DNA of 64,000 bases from Ylistrum balloti (GCF_031769215.1 NW_026782274.1:496001-560000); one strand, 5' to 3'; shown: positions 11,570-24,510, counted from the stretch's first letter. Numbers and translations are program-made. Notes: generated by a model from the sequence alone, not told the origin.

Positions 11570-14500
11570 AATACCGCCATTCACGTGACCGTCGACATCT
11601 CTCAGACTTATTTCCAAGTTCAGTTCTGGAATTTTGATTCGGTAACGTATTACATGCTTTTATAAGTTGTTGAAAGCTAGAAATCCTTGTCGGCGATATT
11701 TTTGCAATATTTGGTTTTTTAAAGCTTTTTGACATAAACAGAATACATGTGAATGCCACATACATTAATTCATTCATCCATCCATCCACTCCATCATCAT
11801 CATCATCATCATCAGTTGACTAAATTCTTGACATCTATAAAAAGTGCAAGAATCAAAATCTTTTTGTATGTCTTTTACCATAGTCACCCCTCTATTAAAC
11901 CATGCTTGATTGAATATAACTGTTTTCCTTCCACCAATCCTCATTGAACCATAGAGAGGTTTCCCAAATATTACTTCTTATAATTTCTGTCCTAACCCTG
12001 TCATTTAATCTTATCCAGGCTGCAGAAACATCCTTCCAAAGTTTATTTTTACACAATTATGACATTTTTTAATATACTCCTTCTCCCTGGTAGATAACAA
12101 ATTCAGATCTGTGCAAGATTCAGGAATTACTTGCCATTTAGCTGTTTTCTGAAACAATCTTCTTACCCATCCCAGTTTCAAAGAATCAATAAATGCCCTT
12201 ACTATTTTCAGCCCTCCATCACAATAATTCTGAGTAACAATATCTCTCTTTACTTTATCAGTTTTACCATACCACAGAAAGTGAAAAAGAGTTGAATTCA
12301 GTTTAACAATGAAATTATCATCAGGGTTTGGCAATGCAATAAATAAATGATTAAATTGGGATATCATTAAAGACTTATTGAGATGAATTTTTCCCACAGG
12401 AGTAAGTGACCTCCTTCTCCATATTTTGACATTAGATTTTGATTTAATTAATTTCTTAATATAGTTTAATTTTGGAATTTTAAGTAAATTAACACTAAAT
12501 TGAACTGAAGTGTTAACTTAACTTTTCCCCACTGGAATTTCAACTATGGTAACAAAGTGTCCTCACTTTATTTTTTACTCCGGATCCAAACCACCTGTGT
12601 TTTGTCAATATTCAATTTCACGCCAGAGATTTTTGCGAAAGCATTTAATTCTACAATTGCTTCTCTCAATGACATTTCTGAACAATCTATATAAGGGAGG
12701 TGTCATCAGCATTTTGAAAGATTAGAATTAGAGTGTTACCGATATCTATCCCCATTTATTTCCTTATTATTTTTAAGTCTAATGGCCAAAATTTCTACAA
12801 ATAGAATACAAATATATGGAGCAAATTGATCGCCTTGACAACAGCCTCCTCTAATATTGATGAATGGAGACAAGGTTCCATCTTGATTTACAACTGCACT
12901 AACATTATTATGAAGCATCTTTATCCAATTTCTTCTGTCAGATGCGAAATTGAAATATTTAAAACCTTCATCAATAGATTTCCAAGAAACAGAATCAAAT
13001 GCTTTCTCAAAATCTATCAAAAACATACCCGGAATATTCATATTTTCAACATATAAAATTATATCATACACTAATCTCGTATTCTCACCAATGTAGTGAC
13101 CCGAAATAAAACCTGATTGATCCTCACCAATTAAAACATCTGAAATTTTCCTTATTCTGCTAGCTATTGTTCCTGATGCAATTTTGTATATGATATTCAA
13201 CAATATAATTGGGCGCCAACTTTTTAGGAACTGTCTTGGCTTATCTCCCTCAGAAACACAAATTCTGACCTCTTGTCTGTGTGTTATTGATAACTTGCCT
13301 GTCTCATAACTAAAATTGATTGACCTTATGATGACCCCTCCCCCCCCCCCCACACTTCCTCCCCATTCCACCTAATTGTCTCCAAAAGAATCTAACAGAA
13401 TTCCACACTGAAACTATCTGTACCAGGGCTTTTGTTTATTTTTCATGCTTTTCAATGTATTTGCTTCTTTGTCCATAGTTTTTCCCCGCTAATTTTGCTG
13501 CATCAGTGAGCCCCTATCATCAGTCTAATTTTGGAATAATTTTTGACGTAAAATTTTTACCTTCTAATCTGAGAAAGTATTTTGTAGTCTTTTCTCCTTC
13601 CTCTTGCTATCTTGCCCGAGATCTTACAGAGCTACCTTTAATCTTTTTTAATAACTGTTTCTTTCTGTGTGATGAGTATGCTATGGTTTCCAAAAATAGC
13701 TGATCATCAATGACATTTGCATTTGGAATATAATCTATATCTTGAAGACTATATATTAAAAGACAATATTGTATTTTCATCTCTAAAATGGTGTTACTTG
13801 AAAGCATTCCTCTTCATTCTGCATACAATAAGGATGGTTTGAATTTCCATAGTCCACTCCCCCATTTAAATTCATTAAATTTCAAGTGGAGAGTTGGAAA
13901 TGAGTGATCAGACCTTTGAACTGGCTCAATACTGGAGTTTGATGATAAATTTTGTGAAATAAGACAAAAATCTAATCTTGCTTGCTTTAATGGATTTTTT
14001 TTCTCCAACTATGTCTTCTCCTGTCAGGATGAACTCTCAATAAATATCTACCAATGAAAAACTTTCCATAATTTCTAATATTTTCTCTCTTGCCTTCAGG
14101 TTATTCGCATTTTTGTAGCTTCTGTCATAATCTAAATCTGGATCCAATACTAAGTTAGAATCTGTGATAAGTGTTATATTACATCCTTCCAGTATCTAGA
14201 GCTAAGACATTTCCTGAATTATCCCCTCTTTTCCCTTTTTAATCTTAATTTCGAAATTATCATTTATCAAAATAACTACCTCTCAAGAATTAGATCTAAA
14301 AGAGCTGAAACAACCATCGTAACCCCACTGATTTCTGATATGTTTGGTTTCCTTCCATGGAATGCGTGTCTTGTAAATCATAGCTACAGATTTTTTAAAA
14401 CTTGAAGTAAGAGAAAACATTAACGATACTCCCAAGACCCTGCCGATTGGCGGAGAGAACAGTTATACCTTCAATTACTAGCTACTTAAAATTACGGTGC

Positions 14501-15540
14501 TTTAAGCCACTTGTCTACATACCTCCACCATCTAACCCAGAACTAGAAAAGAGGAAATATGAGAGGAAAACATATCACATAGAAAGAAACAAAATCATAT
14601 CAATAAGGTTAGAGTACTAAAAGACTGTTAACTCACGGAATATTTAACTTATTTTCTGCCAAATCTACTAAAACTGTTTGCTCGGACTAAGCGGAAATGA
14701 GCAGCAAACCGGAAGTACTATAGCAACATTTGAAATGAATCACTACAGGAAATCCGGACTTTATAATAATATGAAAAAAGAAGCCTAGAGTCCAGAAATG
14801 TATCAGATTGATTTAACATAAATACATATACACATCATATATCCATGTTATAAGTGGTTAAATATACGTTATGTAAATCCTATCTGTATATGTAGAGGGT
14901 AGACTAGAATCTCTATACGTATGATCTCACTTACAGGAGTACACTGATACCTTCCATATTACTGAGACTATACGTACAAACACATGAAACACGTAGCCAA
15001 ACAGACAAACTTTGGATTAAATGTAAAAACTATGATAAATGTCTGATTGTCGAGCCTGAGATAGTCCCTTTCTGGCGGTACAATAACGTGTCTAAATGTC
15101 AAAGTTCGGATTCGGGCCAAATCCCGTTCTTCTTTCGTTGGCCAGAACCACAAATAATTCCCCATCTGTGCTGTAGGTATGCTTCACACTTTTCAGTCTT
15201 TATGCCTGCTTGAGTGTCGCCTGATTACGCTGTGATAAGTTCTCAAAAACTACCTGTCTCTTTCCTCTCAAATTCCTTCTGTTCTTCAATGTCGCTGCCT
15301 TCTTCCTCTTGTTTGTGAATTAACATATGATCGTCCGTGGTCTGTCCTTTGAAGTGTCCGAGTCTATGTGCTACATCACTAGGTTGTATATCCATCTTCA
15401 CCGAGTCTCGGACAAATGCCACAATTTCCCCTACACATTCTTTGACAGTCTCTCTTTCTTTGCTATCCTTATGGAATTCTTCCTTCCTTGCTGTTCTAAA
15501 AAATTCAGCCGATGTCCTAAACTGACGTGACATTTTTTAA
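11570..15540 (-). mobile_element. Decayed L1/Tx1-type non-LTR retrotransposon (ORF1 remnant, endonuclease and RT fragments)
   Basis: ORF1-like DVAHRLG (15243-15533). Endonuclease-like LQDTH (about 14370) and RLDFCLIS..SDH..GSGLWKF (13814-14008). RT WRPIILLN..QSGF..DFEKAFD..QGD (12736-13371). Post-RT fragment 12011-12397. Many stops and frameshifts. Confidence 0.88.
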
Positions 15541-16839
15541 CTGATCGAATTCATCAATCTCTCTTTAGATGTAAACGCTATTTTAGCGCAATATCAATTG
15601 TAAACAAATAAGTCTAATGATGAACGAAGGCAGACGCAATAATTGATATAGGGACGGCAGACAAAAGCTATAATTACAACGATCATAATATTAGGCAATG
15701 TATCTAGCTCGAAAGTGATAGAATAATCTTACCACTAAATATGTATATTTAACGTTTATCAAAACATTGAATCTTGCTTTTTTCTCGAATTCCTGGGGTG
15801 ATGAGTTTCTTACGAGACACATATAATGATCTGTGAGGAGCCACTCGATTCATCGAATCATGAAATTGACAAAAGCAAAATTAAATTCTTTTATTTCAGT
15901 TGAACGGTTTGTTTTCAATATTCTGAACAAATCCAAGTCTGAAGTTACTAGAAATTGTGCAAGTTTAACGGATTTTTGAATTAACAAAATTCTCCCGCAA
16001 AGAATAATGTCTATACTGGTTTTATGTTCGTCTTCCGCTTCAAATTGGGAGGCAGCCATTCTTAAATGGTCATGTAGCGTGTTTTGTTAGCTCTGTGGAT
16101 GATCTTGGTCTTGTTGAAGATTTTCATTTGCAGGCTATGGGAGGTTAAAAATTGTAGCAGACGACAGCATTTGCTAGGTCTAAAACAAATATTTTCAAAG
16201 CGTGGAAAACAAATCTTTTCTGATACAATTTACCATAATGTCATATTTAGATTTATTCAATAATTACTTTATATATTATTCATCGTTATCAATTCATATT
16301 CTGCAAATATGAAGCAAATTTGATTACTTTTATTTAAAGTTTAGCATTAAACATTTATAAGGAATCTCTCCCCTTACAAAACATGTAAAGGGTGTTTTAA
16401 TACGCCAAGATCAATGTTAATCCGGTCAAATTCATCGACAAATGAAATGGGATAAATTTGGTTGCTTCATTAAGTCAAACTTGAGTAGAAATTGAATATG
16501 TAAGAAATCATTTTATATCTGTGTTTTTCAAAGGGCACTGATACGCATGCACCAAAAACGGTAACAAACACCCTAAATTAAGTGGAACATCTTCAATTCA
16601 GTTTCCAGATGTGTTTTAATCCTACATGAACCTGTCAAAATGAAAGGAACGATTTCAAGGAATGTGGAATTCATTTCAGGATAAAAACAGTAACGTAAAC
16701 ACTTAAAGCGAGTAAACAAAGCAGTTGTTTACAGATTCATATATAAAAAAACGCAAAAGAAATTTATGAGATTTATTCAATAAAAATCGTCCTGTGGACA
16801 TTTGTTTGAGAGAAACAGTCACCAAGCCAGCGTTACCAA

Positions 16840-18039
16840 TTAAACCTTGCGTTTAATGACGTAATACTGAAATATCCCGGAGTTGTCAGTGGCGACACCT
16901 ACAGATTGCACTAGACTAAACTTCTGCAATCGCCTGAAGTTAGATGATGACAGAAGAACTGGAGTGTGACCAAACGTAACCATGAACCCGTTCTCTCGAA
17001 CAGTTGGTAGTAATGCATCCAAAAGGACTTCAGCCTCGGTGGAAGTGACGACTTCAGAATTCAAGAAACGATTGAAGCACACATCAGCAGTTCCGGTTGG
17101 TATCTTTGGATCCATTGCATTTCCACAGTGCACTTCATCGACTCGTTCTCTAGCAAAATCAGCCATTTGTTGACTAAGATCTTGACCGAAAGTGTAACTT
17201 TCTGGAAATGCTTTCTGTAACGAAGAGAGAAACACCCCGGTAGAACAGGCGGGGTCGTACAACCTTCCCATTGTCATGGCAACACCACCCAAGAACTGAA
17301 CAGTATACTGTCTTATCCGTTCCTCTCCATGGCTGAGCATTGCATCATAGGTATCGTCAACCTTCCATCCCTCCGCTGGGGAACACAGCTCCTTTCTGGA
17401 GGACTCCCTAAGGAGTGGGAAGGGATAGATAATTTCGACTTTGGATGAGTCCCTAGTCATGATATCCTCAAACAGTTTAAGTTTCTCGGAATTACCTAAG
17501 GGATAATAACTGACCTGTACCTCCTTCTCAGTAATGCGCTCATCGTAAAACAAGCCCAGAATCATATCAGCTGTCACCAAGCTGCAGTGGAGTTCCGGTA
17601 TCTTCCCGGCAATCCAATAATCTGACAAAATCTTTCTTCCGACCAATCTCCACGAACCCGGAACACCAGGTTTTCCCACATCAAGGAAAAATACACTTTG
17701 TGGTAGGTGATGAAATGGCTCGTTAATACGCCTCAAGTCTCTTTCCACGATATTTTCCCATGGTATAACTCTCTCTGGAGATGTACCAGGTGGCATTTTC
17801 TTTTCTTCATATCTTCTAACCTCGCTTATGATGAGTGAGAGACATTTGTTGTCGAGGTGACTCTCAGTGGTCTTACTCAAAGCATCACATAGAAGCTTCT
17901 TCCCGGCATCCCAATTTCCTGATGACAGCAGCTTTCTCGCCTTGTGAAAGTCATTCCGGATTTCTGGGTCATGGATACTTTTGAATATACCATCGTAGCT
18001 TGTAATAGCGTCGGTACGGAGATCCAAGTCATCCGCCAT
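16840..18039 (-). CDS. Intronless class I SAM-dependent transferase, 399 aa from the Kozak-context ATG at 18039; likely 3-amino-3-carboxypropyl (ACP) transferase of the Nat/isonocardicin synthase type
   Basis: Single ORF; CAAC-ATG-G context at 18039; SAM motif I YDPACSTG, motif II GQDLS, RFLNSEVV, FGHTP; AATAAA on the minus strand at 16777-16772. The Nat resemblance is from recall of family motifs, not a search. Confidence 0.85.
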   Translation of the reverse strand: MADDLDLRTDAITSYDGIFKSIHDPEIRNDFHKARKLLSSGNWDAGKKLLCDALSKTTESHLDNKCLSLIISEVRRYEEKKMPPGTSPERVIPWENIVERDLRRINEPFHHLPQSVFFLDVGKPGVPGSWRLVGRKILSDYWIAGKIPELHCSLVTADMILGLFYDERITEKEVQVSYYPLGNSEKLKLFEDIMTRDSSKVEIIYPFPLLRESSRKELCSPAEGWKVDDTYDAMLSHGEERIRQYTVQFLGGVAMTMGRLYDPACSTGVFLSSLQKAFPESYTFGQDLSQQMADFARERVDEVHCGNAMDPKIPTGTADVCFNRFLNSEVVTSTEAEVLLDALLPTVRENGFMVTFGHTPVLLSSSNFRRLQKFSLVQSVGVATDNSGIFQYYVIKRKV

Positions 18040-18630
18040 GTTGAATACAGTTTGTAAGAAAGGGGCACATACACGTGTGTGGTACACGGAATAGGTTAAC
18101 GCCAGCTGTTATCGCACATGTAAGATTAGGGAGTCTTTATCTCACTTGTAACTACATAATCCGTCCAGAGTGACCAGTCAGACTGACCTTCGATAAACAT
18201 TTTGTTACAGGTGAGTCCATCAGCATTTGTGATTGTTTTCGAAAACAACTAAATATAGTAATATAGACAGTCATGTTTTAAAAACTAGGTTAAATCTAAA
18301 TTAAATTGAAAAGATTTTAATTAAAAAATACTGTTAATACAATTTCGATCTACTGAGAAAAAATACAGAGAACGTGTGGTATACCAGATAACACTACATG
18401 TATACAAACGTGAACACGTATGCAAAGATATCCATATTATTCAATAGGCGATACTTTGAAATACTTATTTTCAGTATTAACGTTGAGCTGTTTAGTGAGT
18501 GTAACAGCGGCTCGATCTGTCCAGTCCAACACATATCAATCAGAAAATATTCGTTCTAAAGTTGTTCTGTGCCAAGGTAATTAAGACTCTTTCATTTGCT
18601 TGTTTACTTCTGGAGATTCGGACCAACAAG
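18040..18630. promoter_or_regulatory. Putative bidirectional promoter between the SAM transferase and the divergent P450
   Basis: The two start codons (18039 minus, 18631 plus) face away from each other with 591 bp between them. Confidence 0.6.
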
Positions 18631-21600
18631 ATGGCGTCAACTGGTGTCAGTATCATCATCCACGGTGTGTTGTACTTTCTGAAATATGTCAATTATATGG
18701 TGAGTATTACTAACTTTTCGTTTAAGATGTCTAAACATTCTGAAATGATTCAATTAGATATGATTTCTCAGCATCTTATGCTAATTTTTATGTTTAAAAA
18801 AACCTGAGAAATACATGCACACATGCGCAAGTCCCACATTACACTTTTGGGTATCACATGGTAAGAAATTGCTTGAGGGATTTGAAATGACGACTCTAAT
18901 GCTGGGCACAAAAAACAATATTTGTTTGATATTCAAGAGTTTATTTTCTACATCATGACTTTCGTGCATGATATAGACAACTGACAGACAAATGCACAAC
19001 ACAGGGTTTCCAGATTTGCAAATTGATGAAAATGATGGGAAGGTTTAAATGTCTTTATAACGATCTCGTCAGGAAATATTCGGGAAGCTGGACATGTATT
19101 GATGCTTGTTAATCTGCCTCTTGGTTCCGTATTTATTTACATTGTTCTGTTTTTGGGAACGTGACATTTTATATCAGTAAGACATCTAGAAGTAAGACAT
19201 CGAGATAGCAGTACATGGTTACCGCAATGTAAATTTCAATTCAGGTACAGGAAAAATCATTATCTTCTTAAACAAAGGTTATATCAAATTGTAAAATACT
19301 GGAGTGAAACATAAAAACCATAATCACAGAGTGTAATTAACCATACTTTCATTTGTTGCAGTGCTGCAGTACAACAGTACCAGAGACTGGCGCCATTGTC
19401 AATCTGCTTTTAAACCAACTGTTCGGAGACGACAAACTGAAAAAGCTAGAATACCTTTGTCAATTTTATCATAAATTTGGTCTGTTCAAATATGAAAAGA
19501 AAATATATCTGTTTGATGAGAAACTAGCACAAACTGCCATTCATAAACTAGACAAAGGAGCAGACAACTACTTAGAAGATTCTCCACTCAAAGATACGTT
19601 TTTAGGATCTTCTCAAAAAAGTCCAGAAACAAGACGTGCTATAGCTTCTATTTTTCGTAAAACTTCTATAGATGAAAGAGGTCATGTAATGATCCGTGAC
19701 CTTGACCTTTTGTGTCGAAATATGCAAGAGGTCAGTAGCAAGTCAAGACCAGTGAATATTACCCAGTTCAGCTTAAGACTCGCTCTGGACGTAGTCGGTC
19801 ACGTGCTATTGCATCTTGACCTTGGAGGACTAAAAGGTCATCAAGATCGTCTGCTTGATTCAATGATGACCATTCTGCACAGGTAGGTGAACAAGGAGCT
19901 CAAACGTCGACGTTGTTTACTGGAGATATCTAACCGTATATAAGTAGTTTTAAGATACCCTCCTTTCTTAACGGCTAGTTCATTAACTATTTTTAAAGGA
20001 AACAATATCCTACATTTTGGTTTTACTCTTGAAGCAGTGATAAAAGTCTTTTTAAATGTGGTTTTGTTGTAATGTTAATATGATGGAGAAAGGACGGAAA
20101 TTTTATTTTTTGACTTTGTTTATTATGTGACTTATTTTGTATATGTTTTCTGGAGGTGTTACGCTCTAGCCGAAATAACTACTAACAGCAGTGAGTTCAT
20201 ACGGGCAACCGAGAACCTGGACCGTCTGACGTCACAGATCTTAGAGAACGCACTCAACAAGGATGATCAGACGGAGGACAAGAGGCTGGTTTTCCAGCTT
20301 TACGAGGCTTGTGGCTTCGAACAGGTACATATTATATCGAAATATCTATTAACATTGTGCTTATAAAAATACTAGCAGTCTTATCTACAAATTAATGATT
20401 TGAAGTTATTGATTTTAAATATGTATGTAATAACATGAATTCTAAAGAATCATATATTGAATATATTTTTTTATCATTTACGATTCAAATTAATTAAGTT
20501 GTTTTAAAAAAAAGAGTTATAAGGTAAATTGACTTTCTGAGTTTTGATAACTCGCGGTTTTTATAAAAACGTTTAAATTCCCGGTGTTCCGTGTAATGTC
20601 GGGATATACTGTTGTTTCAGGCCAAAGACAACATGAAACTGTTTCTGATGGCTGGCACAGAAACCACAGCATCTACCTTGCCGGTTATATTTTACCTTCT
20701 TACCAAGTATCCTCACATCCAGGTAATCTTTGTCTCTTACCTGTAATGTTTGTTTATCGAGGTATCATCACATCCAGATAGCCATCCTGTCTTACCTGTT
20801 ATATTTGTTTATCAAAGTATCCGCATATCCAGGTAATTTTTGTCTCTTATATTTTACCTGTCTATCGAGGTATCCTCACATCCAGATAACCATCCTCTCT
20901 TAGTTGGTATATCTTACCTGTCTATCGAGGTATCCCCACATCCAGATAGCTACCCTGTCTCACCCGGTATATTTTACCTGTTTATCGAGGTATCCTCACA
21001 TCCAGATAACTATCTTGTCTTACCTGTTATATTTTACCTGTTTATCGAGGTATCCCCACATCCAGATAGCTACCCTGTCTCACCCGGTATATTTTACCTG
21101 TCTATCGAGGTATCCTCACATCCAGATAATCATCCTGTCTTACCTGTTCTATTTTACCTGTCTATCGATATATCCCGTCATTCCATGATTAACGATACAA
21201 AGTGTTCACTTGTCCTTCATTTCATTACTCCGTCATAATTTCGTTTATGTTCATCACTTCGGATACAGATATTGAACTGTAATACGGCAATGTACGAGGA
21301 TGTAACGATTAGTATACACACAACTATTGTTACATAATCATGCAAGTCTGCTTCTGATTTTAAAATGATAATTATTATTTACTAACTTTAATAAGCTTGA
21401 TTTAAACCTGGAGAACCTTGCAATGGGAATTTTTAGTTTACCCAAAGTGTTAACAATGCATTTTTTGCATGAATTATTACTATAACATTAAGAGTTTGAA
21501 TTCGTGGATTTCGACTTGGTTAATCATTTTTTTGGCACTCGAAAACAGCTTTATCTTTTGGAAAAAGACTAATAGGATAAAACTGCAAAATTATAAGGCA

Positions 21601-23234
21601 CAACGACCCACTTTTTAATCATGAAAATGTTCATATGAAAGCATAAAGTCTTTTTAAAAGATTAGTACACGATCAAATAAATCATTTTCAAAATTTTCAC
21701 TTTTTGGTTGCAGTGCAGTTTTAAGATCGTAAAATTAAATGAAAATCTAACATTTCCCCTTAATTTTCTATCATTTAGTTGTCATTCTACTACCTTTTAA
21801 TAAAAGAGGAAAACATATTGCCTCGAAAATAACAAAGAATGCCTATTATGGAGTAAAAAAATAATAATGATTGATGAAGGGTGGATTATCTCCCGTTACA
21901 TATATATATTCTGCATTTTTGCTTTTAAAATTGAATTTGATCAATTTGGCCTCTAGACCTTTATACATCCTTTACAACCTTAACAAAGTCGATAACACTT
22001 ACAAAATATAAACATCTCCTTCGTTCCCTGCAGAAACTTTTGTGTTTTTCCGACACATCTAGTTCTTCATAGTAGGTCACGTGATATACTATATGTCTGT
22101 TTTTATAATATCACACTTCTAGTTTAGAACATTCTTCAGATGATGTAAATGATAATGTTCGCTTTATTTGTTTGTTTGGAACGTTGGAAACAAACTCACA
22201 AAATACGTTTATGTACAATTAGATGGAACTCCAGGCTGAAGCTGATGAAAATATAGACAGTTTACGGAAAGACCCGAACTTCCCTTTGCCGAAGATAGAT
22301 AGCGTTATGAAGGAGGTACTCCGATTGTATCCTATTGCGCCTTTCATCAGTAGACAGAACCACGGCCCCGTGACTATAGGCAAGATTGATCTGCAGGAAC
22401 ATGTAAGTTAAACGTTACAGTCGTGTTATTTGAACACCTAGTTATGTTACCATAGTGAAATACATCTACATGAATTATGGTTACGTTACCATAGTAACTA
22501 CTTATACGATTTTCTTAACAATTAGGTTGTTATGGCAATCACTCAGGTCATATTTAAACATCTTATCATAGTGTTGCATTCATGTTGTCGTTATAGTTTA
22601 GATATAGTCAAGTGACAATAACAATGTATAGTTACCATTACAACTCTACGTTTAATGTCTGTTGTCAATTTTCCCATTCATAACGGTCACAACGTCTTTC
22701 TAAAAAATAATGCATATGTTATTTTGTATGTTTGGATAATTTAGCAAATGTTCGAAGCACGGCTAATTTATCATGGATATCAGGACCTAGGTAATCCTGT
22801 TCAATATTTTATTCAATGCCAAAAATGACTAACATCAGTTCCTTGGAATGTAAACAGTATACTAATATTGGCTTTTTTGTCGATTGCAGAGCGACCTGCT
22901 GGTATTTACCTGGGGGATTCATAGATCACCATACGCGTGGGACCATCCGCATGACTTCGTACCTTTTCGCTTTTACGAAAGCACTTCCAAAAATCATAGT
23001 TCAAATTTATACATTCCATTCGGTGCCGGATCGCGAGTTTGTATTGGTCAGCACCTAGCGTGGCTCGAGATCCGATTGGCTATTGCGATTTTGCTCAATA
23101 AATTTGATTTCAGGCCAACAGAGGAGACTCCTGACCTTCGGTTTGTGGTAGACTGGACACATGCCGTAGTTCATCCGGACAAAGACATGTTGTTCATGGC
23201 TGTTCCACGTACCAAACCATTTAATATCACTTGA
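18631..23234 (+). CDS. Divergent cytochrome P450, 461 aa. Exons 18631-18699, 19362-19882, 20156-20324, 20621-20722, 22223-22402, 22890-23234
   Basis: Exons join in phase (1386 nt). Hydrophobic N-terminus, AGTETT (I-helix), EVLR (ExxR), PFRF, FGAGSRVCIG (heme Cys). AATAAA at 23532 and 23619. The exon-3 acceptor is an uncommon GAG. Family not recognisable by eye. Confidence 0.9.
20675..21180 (+). repeat. 55-60-bp minisatellite derived from the 3' end of P450 exon 4 and its donor
   Basis: TATCCTCACATCCAG-like core at 20708 (real exon end), 20763, 20818, 20871, 20931, 20991, 21051, 21111. ORFs across the array repeat exon-4 peptide pieces (YPHIQ, LPVIFYL). Confidence 0.93.
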
Positions 23235-24281
23235 CCTAGTATGGAAGCGATGTTTACATTCAATTGACATTACAACTTGAGACGTGTCCTACATACAGTG
23301 TCGTTGCTTTCTTCAGTTTTGGTTCTCATCATTTTGGAACAGAACCATTTGACAAACTTTCTGAATTTATAGGGTGATCTAAACAACCTTATCCTCCCAG
23401 TTAACAAAATGTTTGCAGCAGTTCTACATGTTTAATTACCATTTACCATCTGCTTTATATCTTTACCATTTCTTACGGCTGAAACATACATAAAATGCTA
23501 TTCTGAGATATGTTATTCACATTTTAAGATTAATAAATCATTTGTTTACATATTGTAACATAACTGAGTCCGTGTTCTGTATTGTTGTCTTGTTTAAACA
23601 ATGAAATATGAATTTGAAAATAAAAAGTCATATTTCCTTAGTAATGGAAAGTGGAAAGTCATTAGGCTACATAAATGGACCAAAATGGTTTTAAAAATTG
23701 ATACTTAACTAGATTTATTCTAAATTATGTCTAAATGACGATTTAATGGTATTTCTTTTATGTTCTTTTAAGTAGATAATATTTTTAGATCATGTTTCTT
23801 AAACCCACGATTGCGTAATTTCACTTCAGGGTTTCCTAGATTTTTGACCCCTTGCATCATTTAAGGATTCTGTGACGTAGTTTTATTCAGAATAGGCTTT
23901 TTAAAATTTTTCTTTTAAATTGTTAAGTATTGAGGTCTGCAGATGGACGGCATTCCCTGAGGTAAGAAGCTATATTGCATGACAGGTCTTGATTTTTATC
24001 AACAGTTTAAAATGTACACATCCAATATATAAATTATCAATACAATCGTTAAGACGCATTGTGTACCCCTTCTGGATCCTAATATCAATGGCAAGAAGAT
24101 GAAAGCTTCTTTGATGCTTCTTTGAATTCGATATCCAAAACTTACCAAATTCATTGAGCATCGACGATTTTCCAAGCTTCCTTCTCAGGTTCTAATTGTC
24201 ACTAGTGTCATATACAATTTTAACATTAACCGACCTCTAAAGTAAGATTCAAAGAAAATCAGCATGTAATTTCCAGTGGAC

Positions 24282-24510
24282 AAACAATTAGATACAATAG
24301 TCAGATATTTATCATAACAAAGGCATATGTACATATATAAACAATTAGATACAATAGTCAGATATTTATCATAACAAAGGCATATGTACATATATAAACA
24401 ATTAGATACAATAGTCAGATATTTATCATAACAAAGGCATATGTACATATATAAACAATTAGATACAATAGTTAGATATTTATTTATTACAAAGACACAT
24501 GTATATATTT
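24282..24510 (+). repeat. 57-bp tandem repeat, about 4 copies
   Basis: AAACAATTAGATACAATAG at 24282, 24339, 24396, 24453. Confidence 0.93.

Noticed and set aside
15850-16059. Short minus-strand ORF MAASQFEAED.. with a good Kozak context
   Set aside because: 69 aa, no motif, adjacent to the 5' end of the L1 remnant. Not supportable as a gene.
18040-18087. Upstream start for the SAM transferase given by the ORF track (415 aa)
   Set aside because: It is a non-ATG start. The first ATG at 18039 has a strong Kozak context.
20840-21238. ORFs 20840-21238 and 20904-21188 as repeat proteins
   Set aside because: They are by-products of the 60-bp intronic minisatellite copied from P450 exon 4.
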